A stretch of 31,069 nucleotides of DNA from a virus (taxonomy: Duplodnaviria; Caudoviricetes). The notes beneath the pieces are model-generated. The model was not told where the DNA came from. It worked only from the letters and a program-made list of their open reading frames with translations, and searched no databases. Below, in pieces: positions 17,347 through 26,786 of the stretch (its first letter is position 1; each line of letters starts with the position of its first letter). A program made the translations under genes and the position numbers. The stretch lies in the IMG/VR virus record IMGVR_UViG_3300030116_002768, positions 1 through 31,069 of that record. One strand, 5' to 3'.

Positions 17347-18411
17347 TTAGCCTATTAACATTCCCTGAAAAACTGTTGAACCATCATCCACGTCTGTTTG
17401 TGCAGAGCCTTGGTATTGATATATTCTTACATAAGCCGTATCGTTTGCATCCATATCCATTACTCTTGTGAAAGAAATTGGAAAATAAGTTGGGTCTTCA
17501 GAATATTTTACTGAGTGTAAATGATCCCAATAAGCGTGATTGCTAGCTTCAAGTCTTACGCCATAATAACCAGCTGCAGTGTCTACATTAGTAAGAAGTA
17601 TTTGAACAGAAAAAACATATTTTCCTGTAACGGGAGCTGTAAAAGTGTAAGTGCTTGAATTAAAATTACTGCCAATATCAAATAATTCACTATTAAATTG
17701 TATATTGTGGTACTGACTTATTTGTAAATTAGTCATGGCAGCAGATAAAACTCTAAAAGATGGTTGTAGTGGCTTGGTTACTTCACCATCAGATGATATA
17801 ACCATGGCCTCAGTTGCGGCAGTTTGAAAACTAAAAGAATCAGCTGAGTGTCCATATCTAATTGTTCCTCTATCAGCAGCGCCATCATCACCAAAATTTA
17901 TGTAAGAAAAATTATCATTAGCAGCTAAAAAAGTCATGCCGCTTCTAGTGCCTTCTATAACTAGCTCATCTGCGTTTGTGCTAACTGAACCACTTGTATC
18001 AGCAGATTTAATATGTAACATACCAAGGTCAGCAGCGTTACCTGGGTCAGTGTTAAAAAAATTTGTTTTTGGAGGTGTAACATTGTCAGCTGCTATTTTA
18101 GCTGTAGTCACAGAACCATCAGTCGGTGTCACTGTTCCACCATTATCTGAACCTAGTAGCAGCGCAAAGAAACTTGTGTTAGCAGCAGGTGCCGTTGTGA
18201 ATGTCAATACGCTACCTGATACTGTAAAGTCTGTGCCTGGCTTTTGTATCACACCACCAAGAGATAGTATGATCTGATTAACGTCACCCACAGTCACATT
18301 CTGTGAGTTGACTTGCATAGTGTGCGTGGTATCAGAACCATCGAAACCTGATGAGATATCATCAAGCTGTCTGTATGCTCCACCTAAATTTTGTCTTCCT
18401 ATGTATGCCAT
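17347..18411 (-). CDS. Tail fibre/receptor-binding protein with C-terminal C1q domain
   Basis: MAYIG-type N-terminal module (GGVIQKPGTDFTVSGSVLTFTTAP); C-terminal PSFRV...IQFNSELFDIGSNFNSSTYTFTAPVTGKYVFS...DANDTAYV...FQGMLI is the C1q signature. Confidence 0.85.
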   Translation of the reverse strand: MAYIGRQNLGGAYRQLDDISSGFDGSDTTHTMQVNSQNVTVGDVNQIILSLGGVIQKPGTDFTVSGSVLTFTTAPAANTSFFALLLGSDNGGTVTPTDGSVTTAKIAADNVTPPKTNFFNTDPGNAADLGMLHIKSADTSGSVSTNADELVIEGTRSGMTFLAANDNFSYINFGDDGAADRGTIRYGHSADSFSFQTAATEAMVISSDGEVTKPLQPSFRVLSAAMTNLQISQYHNIQFNSELFDIGSNFNSSTYTFTAPVTGKYVFSVQILLTNVDTAAGYYGVRLEASNHAYWDHLHSVKYSEDPTYFPISFTRVMDMDANDTAYVRIYQYQGSAQTDVDDGSTVFQGMLIG

Positions 18412-18581
18412 TAATCAGCCTCCTGTACAGTTTTGCCATCTGCTATCCACTGTTGTATCATTTTATAATGTCGGTTATCAGCAGCAACAGGCACATATCT
18501 TGTAATTCCATCTTCAACTATTATATAATTTTCAAACTCTCCTGTTATAGGATGGTTATTTTTTTTGACTGATTCTATCAT
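18411..18581 (-). CDS. Small putative tail-fibre assembly protein (56 aa)
   Basis: Not in the ORF track; hand translation MIESVKKNNHPITGEFENYIIVEDGITRYVPVAADNRHYKMIQQWIADGKTVQEAD*. ATGA overlap upstream and TAATG downstream; I recognise the VP...NRHY..I..W...G pattern from small genes that follow marine phage fibres. Confidence 0.85.
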   Translation of the reverse strand: MIESVKKNNHPITGEFENYIIVEDGITRYVPVAADNRHYKMIQQWIADGKTVQEAD

Positions 18582-19627
18582 AACTGTGCATCCATTTCCG
18601 AAACACCGTTGTGAATGTAATGTGTATTGTTTGTGCTAACACTTACAGCACCAGCTATGTATGTTCCATCTGCTGTAGTGCCACCATAACTAGGGGTTTG
18701 CCCATAACCTGTTCCATCTTCATAAGTTCCTGAATTAGTGACTGTTGGTTCATGATTCATCGTTTGCATAAAGTCCATGTAACCTATGGGAGAACCAGAG
18801 TTATTATTCCATCTAGTAACAATTCTATACCTATGTGTTATTTTTTGAAAATATCTTTGACATCTATGAAACTGAACATCAAAAGGTAAGTGTTCAAAGT
18901 CTGTGGCTACTTCTCCAACTTCTAATTGAACTCCAGTTATATAAAAATCGTTGGATGTGCTAGAAGTTATATTTGCTGTTTGTTGATATGCAAGTCCGGC
19001 GTTTGATGTTGAAACCCAACTTGTGCTGTCAGTTGAAGTATAATCACTTCCCGCTGCTAATACCCAAGTTAAAGTAAGTCCAACTCCATTATCATCATTT
19101 ATTGTGCCACTACTGTCACCATCAATAACAAAGGTAAAATTTTCCCAAGTGTTGGCAGAAGCATGAAAAAATGTTTTACTAATATGTCTAGACCCATCGG
19201 GTGCTGATACGTTTATTACAAACTTATTGCTTGAACCAGATAGATTACTTTTAGACCACCAATTTAAAACTGTTTTCTTTGCATCTGCATGTCCATAACA
19301 AAGATGATGAGCGTTTTGAGCTTCAACATCTGTAACTAGTTTTACATTTTCATCTGATGCAAGAGCAGATTCAGCAGTGGTTGTGTCAAATCTTAACGAA
19401 CCAGAAAACCCATAACCTGCAGGAACTGAACTGTCTATTGCTAAAGTTCCTGTTAAGTTGTCACAATTGGAAGCCTCTTGTTTCCACATATCACAAGGTC
19501 TTACTAGTCCATTGTTATGAACAGAAGTATCGGCTTTTTGTGTAACTTGCATTTCACCATTAATAAGTAAATTTCTAAAGTTTGCGTTGTTTGCTATAAA
19601 CGGTGCTGCTACTTTTGTCTGGCTCAT
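18578..19627 (-). CDS. Tail fibre protein with carbohydrate-binding-like domain
   Basis: RNLLINGEMQVTQ ... ITGVQLEVGEVATDFEH ... RCQRYF motifs of a common phage fibre family. Confidence 0.8.
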   Translation of the reverse strand: MSQTKVAAPFIANNANFRNLLINGEMQVTQKADTSVHNNGLVRPCDMWKQEASNCDNLTGTLAIDSSVPAGYGFSGSLRFDTTTAESALASDENVKLVTDVEAQNAHHLCYGHADAKKTVLNWWSKSNLSGSSNKFVINVSAPDGSRHISKTFFHASANTWENFTFVIDGDSSGTINDDNGVGLTLTWVLAAGSDYTSTDSTSWVSTSNAGLAYQQTANITSSTSNDFYITGVQLEVGEVATDFEHLPFDVQFHRCQRYFQKITHRYRIVTRWNNNSGSPIGYMDFMQTMNHEPTVTNSGTYEDGTGYGQTPSYGGTTADGTYIAGAVSVSTNNTHYIHNGVSEMDAQL

Positions 19628-19628
19628 C

Positions 19629-20960
19629 CTATGCGTCCTCCAATGCTTTTACTTTTGTTTCTAGTGTTTCTATTCTTGTTTGTGCCTCTTGTAATGCTTT
19701 GATGGCTTTCATGTAAAGGACAGAATAAGAAACACCTTTTACTTGTTCTTTGACTGTTATTTTTCCGTCTCCATCCACTGTTCCAAAACTAGAATCAGAG
19801 GCAATATCTCCTGCGGTTGGGTCTGAATGTTTAATTAATTTGTCCATGCCTGCATCTTCTAACTCTTGTGCAATAACGCCTATTTGCTCCCAGGCTTTGT
19901 CACCGTATTGTCTAACATCATCTTTCTTCTTAAAGTTTCTTACTTTAACAGCTTTGATGTCATCCCATTGTGAATTACTATCTCGTATATCTTGTTTAAT
20001 TCTTTCATCCGATGTTGAGCCATAGCTGTTGTCGTGATTTTTTACATCACCGTCAGAATAAACAACAAACTTTAAACCAGCACTATCAATTGCATAGTGA
20101 AAATATTCTGTGTTGTTGTCTCTGTTTGCGTTTGTAAATCTAATTGCCTGTCCATAAGGATATGAAGAAGAGCCATCTCCTGTGTGTTTTACTTCAAACG
20201 CAGTGTTGTTGTGTTCTGATGTAGTTGTATTAGTTTGTCCACCTGGCTCAATTGTAAGGGTTTCATTAGAACCTGCTGTAAAGGTCATTTTATCGTTAGA
20301 GTGATTATATTTTACTTTACCTCTTTCATTTGCTCCACTATCACCAAAGTTAATTTGACCTGTGCCTGACGTGCCAGTAAAAATATTAATCCCTGCTGAA
20401 CCATCTGACTCAATAACCAGATCATCTGCAGCGGCTAAATTTGTTGCTCCACTGCTCCCAGCTTTAATATGTATACCAGTTCCCATAGCATGAGTATCAT
20501 TAACACCTAGCGTTGGAGTTGTTATAGTGCTGCCAGCTAGTCCTTTAAAAGTGTTAGCTGTAAATTGAAAATCATCTGCACCTGCAATTTTAATGTCTAT
20601 CTGGTCATCGGTGTCCGCGCTTATTGTTGTGTCGGCATCTGCATCGAGAATGATTGCATCAGATACTCCATTGACATCTACTTTTGATGCAAGTGTGCTT
20701 GGCACTGCACCGCTTGTATGTATTGCATAAATAACATCTCCTGTTGCTACAGCTGATCCAACAATTGTTAGTGTCGTACCTGAAACTGTAAAATTAGTTG
20801 TGGGTTTTTGTATAACGTTATTGATAACAACGATTAGTCCGTCCTCTGAGAACGGAGCTTTTGACAAAGTAAAAGTTGTGGCACTATTATCACCTGTGAA
20901 AGAATCAGTAGTGAAACCTGAAAAAACGTCAGCTGGTAATTGTTGTCCGATGTAGCTCAT
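19629..20960 (-). CDS. Tail fibre with MSYIG N-terminal module and C-terminal Peptidase S74 chaperone
   Basis: TSDERIKQDI, GVIAQELE, YSVLYMKAIKALQEAQTRIETLE. Confidence 0.87.
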   Translation of the reverse strand: MSYIGQQLPADVFSGFTTDSFTGDNSATTFTLSKAPFSEDGLIVVINNVIQKPTTNFTVSGTTLTIVGSAVATGDVIYAIHTSGAVPSTLASKVDVNGVSDAIILDADADTTISADTDDQIDIKIAGADDFQFTANTFKGLAGSTITTPTLGVNDTHAMGTGIHIKAGSSGATNLAAADDLVIESDGSAGINIFTGTSGTGQINFGDSGANERGKVKYNHSNDKMTFTAGSNETLTIEPGGQTNTTTSEHNNTAFEVKHTGDGSSSYPYGQAIRFTNANRDNNTEYFHYAIDSAGLKFVVYSDGDVKNHDNSYGSTSDERIKQDIRDSNSQWDDIKAVKVRNFKKKDDVRQYGDKAWEQIGVIAQELEDAGMDKLIKHSDPTAGDIASDSSFGTVDGDGKITVKEQVKGVSYSVLYMKAIKALQEAQTRIETLETKVKALEDA

Positions 20961-20963
20961 AAA

Positions 20964-21992
20964 TTATCCTTTTAGTGCTTTCACTTCATCTTCCAATGTT
21001 TCTATTCTAGCCATAGCCTCTTGTAGTGCTTTGACGGCTTTCATGTAAAGCACAGAATATCTAAAACCTTTAACATAATCTTTAACTTCTTTAACATCTC
21101 CTACTTTTGTATCCACAGGTAACTCATCACCGTCTTCATAAAGAGTGCCAAACTCCGAAGACGATATTACATCGGCAGGTGATGGTTTAACTTCTGTTAC
21201 CAGTTTAGGACAAACTGATTCTGCTTCTTGAGCAACAACACCAATTTGCACTTTTGCTTTATCTCCATAAGCTCTCGCATCATCCTTATATACAAAATTA
21301 CGGACTTTTAAGGCTTTAATATCATCCCATTGAGAATTAGCATCGGTTATGTCTTGTTTAATTCTTTGATCGGATATTCCATTGAAAGCATTATCATGGT
21401 TATAAGCGTCTCCATCACTAGCGATGTAAAATCTGGCTGTGCCTGTGTCTGAAAAATAAAACGCATAATTATCATTTGTCGCATCAGGAGCTGCTCCAGT
21501 ATATTGTAAAAATATACCATAAGGTGCAGCTTGTGTATGTTCTATGTGTAACGCATACTGAGAATTTAAAGCTGATTCAATATTAAAAAATCTTGAAGAA
21601 GATGATGCACCTACTAAAAATTGACCACTGCTGGTAATTCTTGCTCTTTCAGAACCATTGTTCCAAAACTGTATTGTACCATCTTCTCTGTTACCAACAA
21701 AAGCATCAGTGCCACTATAAGTTAAAAACATACCATCAGAGTTAGCAGCTCCAGATGTATCATTTCTTAATTCTACTCTAGCAACACTACTTCCACCATT
21801 TACCACGATACCTCTACCATTTGCCAAAGCTGGACTGTTTGTGCCAACACCTATGGCGTTGTTACCACCATCAACGAAAAGCATATTGGCATCGCCATCT
21901 GATTCAACTCTAAAATCTACATCTGCACTTGACTCATTAACAGTGATTGCACCGTCTAGATCAACGCCTGCTGCTGGTATTTTAGCTGCCAT
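20964..21992 (-). CDS. Tail fibre with C-terminal Peptidase S74 chaperone
   Basis: NESSADVDFRVESDGDANMLFVDG fibre motif; ISDQRIKQDI, GVVAQEAE, YSVLYMKAVKALQEAMARIE. Confidence 0.87.
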   Translation of the reverse strand: MAAKIPAAGVDLDGAITVNESSADVDFRVESDGDANMLFVDGGNNAIGVGTNSPALANGRGIVVNGGSSVARVELRNDTSGAANSDGMFLTYSGTDAFVGNREDGTIQFWNNGSERARITSSGQFLVGASSSSRFFNIESALNSQYALHIEHTQAAPYGIFLQYTGAAPDATNDNYAFYFSDTGTARFYIASDGDAYNHDNAFNGISDQRIKQDITDANSQWDDIKALKVRNFVYKDDARAYGDKAKVQIGVVAQEAESVCPKLVTEVKPSPADVISSSEFGTLYEDGDELPVDTKVGDVKEVKDYVKGFRYSVLYMKAVKALQEAMARIETLEDEVKALKG

Positions 21993-21993
21993 C

Positions 21994-22353
21994 TTAACTT
22001 ATCTCCATAAAAGACAACGCCGCATCTATTGATGATGCTGTATCCGATGTAACTTTTAAAATGTCTCCCGCCTGCATAACAACTTTACTACCTGATAATA
22101 TCTCTAGTGATCCTCCTGCAGGTATCGGTGCATTTGTTACTAATTCAACGTTGTCATTGTTAAAATCACTGCCTGCACCATCATCGTGATCTGTGTTACT
22201 TTCTAAAGTAACAGTTGCATTAACCGCTGATCCTGTCACGTTTCCTAAAATTAAACCTAAAATTATAGTAGATATACCAGATCCAACAGTATAAACAGTC
22301 ACCGCGCTAGTTCCTATAGCGTCTGCTGTGTGTAATCTAAAAGTATTTGCCAT
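21994..22353 (-). CDS. Beta-rich putative tail structural protein (paralog of 10644..11039)
   Basis: AAGGAG RBS; alignable by eye with the 131-aa protein. Confidence 0.72.
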   Translation of the reverse strand: MANTFRLHTADAIGTSAVTVYTVGSGISTIILGLILGNVTGSAVNATVTLESNTDHDDGAGSDFNNDNVELVTNAPIPAGGSLEILSGSKVVMQAGDILKVTSDTASSIDAALSFMEIS

Positions 22354-22363
22354 TTATTTCTCC

Positions 22364-23923
22364 TTATCCTAATGCAATAGCTAGCGCTGTGGCTCCGGCG
22401 TCAGTATACGCGCTTATGTCTGTCATCGCAACTTGTTTCATAGTTCCATCATCATTAAACACGACTCGATCAGCATCCACCACGGTTGTGGAGCTGGCTG
22501 CAGTGCCGCCATCCATAATGTTTAATTCTGCAGCTGTTGCTGCCACGTTTGTGCCACCTATATCCAGGGTGGTTACAGATATCTCACCAGCCACAGTTAA
22601 TACACCACTTGCAACCGTCATTAAATCGGTGTCTCCTGTGTGTCCTATGGTTGATCCGTTTATAATAACATTATCCACAGTCAACGTCGTTAGTGTGCCT
22701 AAAGATGTAATATTTGCTTGAGCTGCAGTTTGTAATGTACCTGCTAGTTGTGTAGCTGTTAGTCTTCCTGTGCTCGGGTTGTATGTTAAATCTCCATCTG
22801 ATTCTAATCCTATGTTACCACCATCTACATCACCACCCGATGTGAAGACAATGGCATTATCTTCGTTTGTGCTTTCGTTGTCACTAATAGTTACTGTTGT
22901 TGCTACTGCTGCTGTGGTTGCATTTGTAACTGTAACTCCTGCGATTACAGTATTAAGTGCTGTGCCGCCAATTGTAATTGCATCAGCCTCTAACGTGCCA
23001 TCAAAATCACCATCTACAGCGTCTATGTTACCTATGAAAGTGGTTGCAGTTACATTTCTAAAACTTGATACGTCTTTGTTAGAATCAACTGTAACAACTT
23101 TACTAGCAACGACTGTGCCAACAGAAGAACCCGTGTCATTATAATTTAATTCTGCTGTGGTTGCCGTAACTCCGTCTAAAATATTTAATTCTGATGTTGT
23201 TGCTGTAACACCATCTAATATATTGAGTTCTGTTGCGGTAGATGTAACTCCGTCTAAAATATTTAATTCTGATGTTGTTGCTGTAACACCATCTAATAAA
23301 TTTAACTCTGTTGCCGTAGAAGTTACTGCTACGTCTTCGTTAATTTTTGGTGAGGTAAATGTTTTATTTGTAACTGTAGCAGTTGAGGTTGCTGAAAGTA
23401 ATTTAGAACTACCACCACTACTTGGTAATGTTAAAGTATTAGATGCAGCCTCTGAGTGTGGTGCACCAATAAGTGTTTGTGCGTGAGCATTACTTGACTC
23501 ACAATAAAATTTTATTTGTGATACAGCACCACCGTCGTTTTTTAAATCAATAAGACCACCCGCAACAAATAAATCGTGAGGTACACTTACATGACCGTCT
23601 GCATCTTCAAACACAGCTTTACTTGCTGGCAGTGTACAGAATACAGTTTTTGTGCCTGATGAAAAGTTAACAGCACTATCACTGTTAGAGCTTTCTAAAA
23701 TAGTTGTTCTTGATAATGTGTCTGGCGATGCATCGGTGACCGTGCCGATACCAATCTCAAACTCTGTGCCGCTGTCATTGACGATAGCATAGTAGGTGAC
23801 GTTACTGTTACCAATGCCTGCAACAAAAGTTTGAAAACCAGATACAGCACCAGCTAAATTTAATGTCCCCGTGCCGGTTGTTATTGAGGTTTCTTTTACT
23901 CGATCGTTAAGTACTAACGCCAT
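22364..23923 (-). CDS. Tail fibre protein with 13-aa tandem repeats (519 aa)
   Basis: MALVLNDRVKETS.TTGTGT N-terminus, ELNILDGVTATT repeats, C-terminal ATALAIALG; GGAGG RBS. Confidence 0.82.
   Translation of the reverse strand: MALVLNDRVKETSITTGTGTLNLAGAVSGFQTFVAGIGNSNVTYYAIVNDSGTEFEIGIGTVTDASPDTLSRTTILESSNSDSAVNFSSGTKTVFCTLPASKAVFEDADGHVSVPHDLFVAGGLIDLKNDGGAVSQIKFYCESSNAHAQTLIGAPHSEAASNTLTLPSSGGSSKLLSATSTATVTNKTFTSPKINEDVAVTSTATELNLLDGVTATTSELNILDGVTSTATELNILDGVTATTSELNILDGVTATTAELNYNDTGSSVGTVVASKVVTVDSNKDVSSFRNVTATTFIGNIDAVDGDFDGTLEADAITIGGTALNTVIAGVTVTNATTAAVATTVTISDNESTNEDNAIVFTSGGDVDGGNIGLESDGDLTYNPSTGRLTATQLAGTLQTAAQANITSLGTLTTLTVDNVIINGSTIGHTGDTDLMTVASGVLTVAGEISVTTLDIGGTNVAATAAELNIMDGGTAASSTTVVDADRVVFNDDGTMKQVAMTDISAYTDAGATALAIALG
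23145..23327 (-). repeat. Coding tandem repeat, 39-bp unit with 78-bp super-period
   Basis: About 4.5 copies of ELN(I/L)LDGVT(A/S)T(T/A)(S/T/A); an exact 55-bp duplicate at 23166-23220 and 23244-23298. Confidence 0.95.
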
Positions 23924-23931
23924 TTAACCTC

Positions 23932-24363
23932 CTACGACAATCTTAATATAGCATTACTCGAATCGTTTGCAGGGAACTGAATTGTAAATGTTCCGGCTGT
24001 TGCTGTAAAGTCTCCACCAAAATCTAAAACTAAAACAGAATTATTTCCAGAAGCTGCACCACCACTTGATTGATAAATCTGTGCGTATCTTGCTGTAAAA
24101 GTTGCAGTTGTCCAAGATGTGTCGTCAAAGTCAACAAAAGAAGTTGATCCTGTTCTTCCTACAGCAGGGTTTGCTAAAGTGTTACCACCAGCGGTATAGT
24201 TTGTTCCTGATATTTGATTTGTTGTGTTGTATGATGTTGGATCAGATACAGAAACAGTTTTAGATGATGTATAAAGAGCTATTTTATAAGTGGCACCACC
24301 ATCAAAATCATGGTTACCTTTAAGCAACTCTTCTTTAAAAACATCAGATATTACATTTGCCAT
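23932..24363 (-). CDS. Putative tail structural protein (143 aa)
   Basis: FKEELLKGNHDF...KIALYTS...GTNYTAGG..L...VLDFGGD.TATAGTFTIQFP pattern recognised from phage tail modules; AAGGAG RBS. Confidence 0.72.
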   Translation of the reverse strand: MANVISDVFKEELLKGNHDFDGGATYKIALYTSSKTVSVSDPTSYNTTNQISGTNYTAGGNTLANPAVGRTGSTSFVDFDDTSWTTATFTARYAQIYQSSGGAASGNNSVLVLDFGGDFTATAGTFTIQFPANDSSNAILRLS

Positions 24364-24374
24364 TTATTTTCTCC

Positions 24375-25067
24375 TTATGGGTTTGCAGATGGAATAGGTA
24401 TTCTAACCACTCCATCCTTATATTCATCCCTTCTTCTGCGTCCTATCTGTTCAGCAGCTAAAGGTGTTAACAATTCCTGATATGATTGAGCATACATACT
24501 AGCCATATTAGGATTTTTTAGAAACTTAAAAGCTTCCGTTAGGCAGGCGTACAACAATAATGTAGGCATGTTGTTACTGACCCAAGTGGTTGTATTACTT
24601 GATGACAGTCCTGTTGGTAGCGCATTATACGCTAGTTCAATAGTATATGCTGCATTCGGTGCTGGAGCAAGAAGTATTGTGTCGTTGTCCCAGTTTGCGT
24701 AGTATTTTGGCACTCCTGTTGCTGTTCTGTCTGCTCTATATTCGTTCATAAAACTAGGGTCTCTTTTGTCCAAAAACACTCTTTCATTGGCTGTAAGACT
24801 AGACCCTGATAAGCCAGAGGTTCCAAATATATTTATATATCTAGCATATTCAAAATCAGTTGGTATTGCGCCTGGCATAGAAATAAAAGGGTCACCAGCT
24901 GTTAAAGTGGCAGTTTTATATTTTCTAAAAACATCCAGATCAACTTGTCTAAATATCTTCAATTCAGCATGTTCTATAAAATCATTAACAATAGTCGTTG
25001 TAAGAACATTGCTGTCTGTTTCTGTGTATTCTCTAATTTGTGTTACTAGTTCAGAATATGTGGTCAT
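24375..25067 (-). CDS. Head-tail adaptor / tail tubular protein A-like
   Basis: MTTYSEL..QI..YTE, FIEHAE..IFR, G.PKYY.....ILLAPAPNAAYTIELAY, LLLYACL.EA; position downstream of the capsid genes. Confidence 0.7.
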   Translation of the reverse strand: MTTYSELVTQIREYTETDSNVLTTTIVNDFIEHAELKIFRQVDLDVFRKYKTATLTAGDPFISMPGAIPTDFEYARYINIFGTSGLSGSSLTANERVFLDKRDPSFMNEYRADRTATGVPKYYANWDNDTILLAPAPNAAYTIELAYNALPTGLSSSNTTTWVSNNMPTLLLYACLTEAFKFLKNPNMASMYAQSYQELLTPLAAEQIGRRRRDEYKDGVVRIPIPSANP

Positions 25068-25567
25068 GGTGTTATGCTAGTAGGACCAGCGTAAGCTCGG
25101 CCCCCTCCTCCTCTTGTATTACCTGTTGTTGCAGTATCTGTAGCAACAGTGAATGTATAAGTATTATCATCAACTTTGGTTATTGTATACCCAGCAGATC
25201 TATTAATATTTGTGCCTGTTATGCCGTCAAAACCAATAACATCATAAAATCTAACGGTGCTAGAACTTGATCTACCATGACTAGGATCAGTGACGGTAAT
25301 AACACTTGTCCCTGAGTTTGCAGTTTTAAAAGCATTTAGTGGTAAAAGAATAGGAGCCGCTGTTTCTACTCTATCTGGTCTTGCATTTTTTAAAGATTGT
25401 TTATCAGCTTTGTGTGATTTTACTTCTATCTGTGGGTGTTTCGCTTCAAACTCAGATTTGTGCACAAGAGATCCATTCCATTCTTTCACCATTTCATTGT
25501 ACGGAAAAGCCATACCACTACGATCTGATATTGCTTTTGATCTTTTTCCTGATGCGTAATTAGACAT
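25064..25567 (-). CDS. Neck-region protein with C-terminal FCCH-like beta domain
   Basis: N-terminal YASGKRSKAISDRSGMAFPY.EM..EWNG; C-terminal VITVTDPSHG...YTITKVDDNTYTF similar to an insert in the nozzle protein. Confidence 0.7.
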   Translation of the reverse strand: MSNYASGKRSKAISDRSGMAFPYNEMVKEWNGSLVHKSEFEAKHPQIEVKSHKADKQSLKNARPDRVETAAPILLPLNAFKTANSGTSVITVTDPSHGRSSSSTVRFYDVIGFDGITGTNINRSAGYTITKVDDNTYTFTVATDTATTGNTRGGGGRAYAGPTSITP

Positions 25568-26312
25568 TTGGGTAATAAGCCTGTGGTGTTATGTGAGTGC
25601 TAGTTGAAGATCCATCTTCTGTTAGAGCTCTGTTAAATTCATCTTCGTACAACATTTTCATTTGTTGAGTTAATTCTGGTTTATACTTTTGTGCTAAATA
25701 AAAAGCTAAACCTGAAACCATGCAAGGTACAAAACGATAAGGAACATCTGTTGCATTTGTATATGACCCAGCATCCTGTATTCTTTTTACATAATACAAA
25801 TGCATATCTCTACTAGCAGCTGTAGAATCAGGAGTTGGATAAACAAAAATGTTTACACGATCAATTAATCTTTGCACATAGTATTGTGTTGGCTGTCCTG
25901 TAGTCAGTTTATTTGATAGTGCAGAATATTCAGATCTACTTATTTTTGTCATAGCAACATCTTGTTGTGTGCTCTGTGTTCTGTTTGATCTGTAAGTTGC
26001 TTCAAGAATATCATCCACCCCATAAATACCATTTGTTGGTGTGGTCACAGCGCTTGTGCCATCACTGCTAGCTCTAAAAAATGTATATGTGTTTTGGTTT
26101 TCTATCAGATCAATATTAGTTTCATCTATCTCCCAATAGTGAAGACCTCTGTTTCCCCACTCTTGAAACATAATATTTAGAGATCGCCTTGCAGATTTTA
26201 TTTGATATCCGTCTAGTTGATCTACACCTACTCTTTGATAAGCCTCTTCAACTATCTCATCAATAACAAATGTTTTATCGAACGTCGCTGTTCCTGAAGT
26301 AGTGTTTGCCAT
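25560..26312 (-). CDS. Head-tail adaptor-like protein (second paralog)
   Basis: EIVEEAYQR.G, SARRSLNIMFQEWGNRG, GQPTQYY.....IFVYPTPD, VPYRFVPCMVSGLAFYLA; GGAG RBS. Confidence 0.7.
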   Translation of the reverse strand: MANTTSGTATFDKTFVIDEIVEEAYQRVGVDQLDGYQIKSARRSLNIMFQEWGNRGLHYWEIDETNIDLIENQNTYTFFRASSDGTSAVTTPTNGIYGVDDILEATYRSNRTQSTQQDVAMTKISRSEYSALSNKLTTGQPTQYYVQRLIDRVNIFVYPTPDSTAASRDMHLYYVKRIQDAGSYTNATDVPYRFVPCMVSGLAFYLAQKYKPELTQQMKMLYEDEFNRALTEDGSSTSTHITPQAYYPNV

Positions 26313-26324
26313 TAGCTACTCCTA

Positions 26325-26732
26325 TTAATAAACTTTAAGCCATTCGCAAGTAATAGTTGCCGAATCTCCAGATGTACACGCTGGGAATACAAACTTAACA
26401 TCTCCGGTTACACCAGTTGCATTGTTGTTTTTAAGACCACCAATAGAACTGTAATCTAAATATCCGTCACCTTCTAAAGTTAAGAAAGTTGCATCTGTAT
26501 CTGCATCCCAAACTAGTCTAACTGCATCTACTTTTGCAGTCATTGAAACGCTATACCATATTTTATTCAAAACCACTTTACTTAAAGTTGTTCCGTCTGA
26601 TCTATTATTAGCCGTTGCACTAACATCTACAATTGTTGTTGTGCCACCTGTGCTGTCTGAGACATTATTGTAATGAGTTATTAGTTTTCTATCACCACTA
26701 AATAATGTTTGAGTTAATACTACGTCTGCCAT
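26325..26732 (-). CDS. Putative virion structural protein (135 aa)
   Basis: Beta-rich; AGGAGG RBS; lies between the capsid and adaptor genes. Confidence 0.7.
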   Translation of the reverse strand: MADVVLTQTLFSGDRKLITHYNNVSDSTGGTTTIVDVSATANNRSDGTTLSKVVLNKIWYSVSMTAKVDAVRLVWDADTDATFLTLEGDGYLDYSSIGGLKNNNATGVTGDVKFVFPACTSGDSATITCEWLKVY

Positions 26733-26749
26733 TTTTTCCTCCTACTAAA

Positions 26750-26775
26750 GAGTAGGGGACATTACTCCCCTACTC
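26750..26775 (-). promoter_or_regulatory. Intergenic 10-bp perfect hairpin (weak terminator, processing site or RBS switch)
   Basis: Minus strand GAGTAGGGGA-GTAATG-TCCCCTACTC followed by only TTT and then the AGGAGG RBS. Confidence 0.7.
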
Positions 26776-26786
26776 AGAGTTAATTA

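Noticed and set aside
18559-18566. A8 run (minus strand) as a frameshift or phase-variation site
   Set aside because: The 56-aa ORF is intact in frame, and homopolymer runs are frequent in this AT-rich sequence.
17347-21992. Diversity-generating retroelement or invertase shufflon acting on the fibres
   Set aside because: No reverse transcriptase or recombinase in the window, all fibre genes are co-oriented, and the 44-bp near-repeat lies in two coding chaperone domains rather than forming a template/variable pair.
23145-23327. CRISPR-like array
   Set aside because: In-frame coding tandem repeat with no unique spacers.
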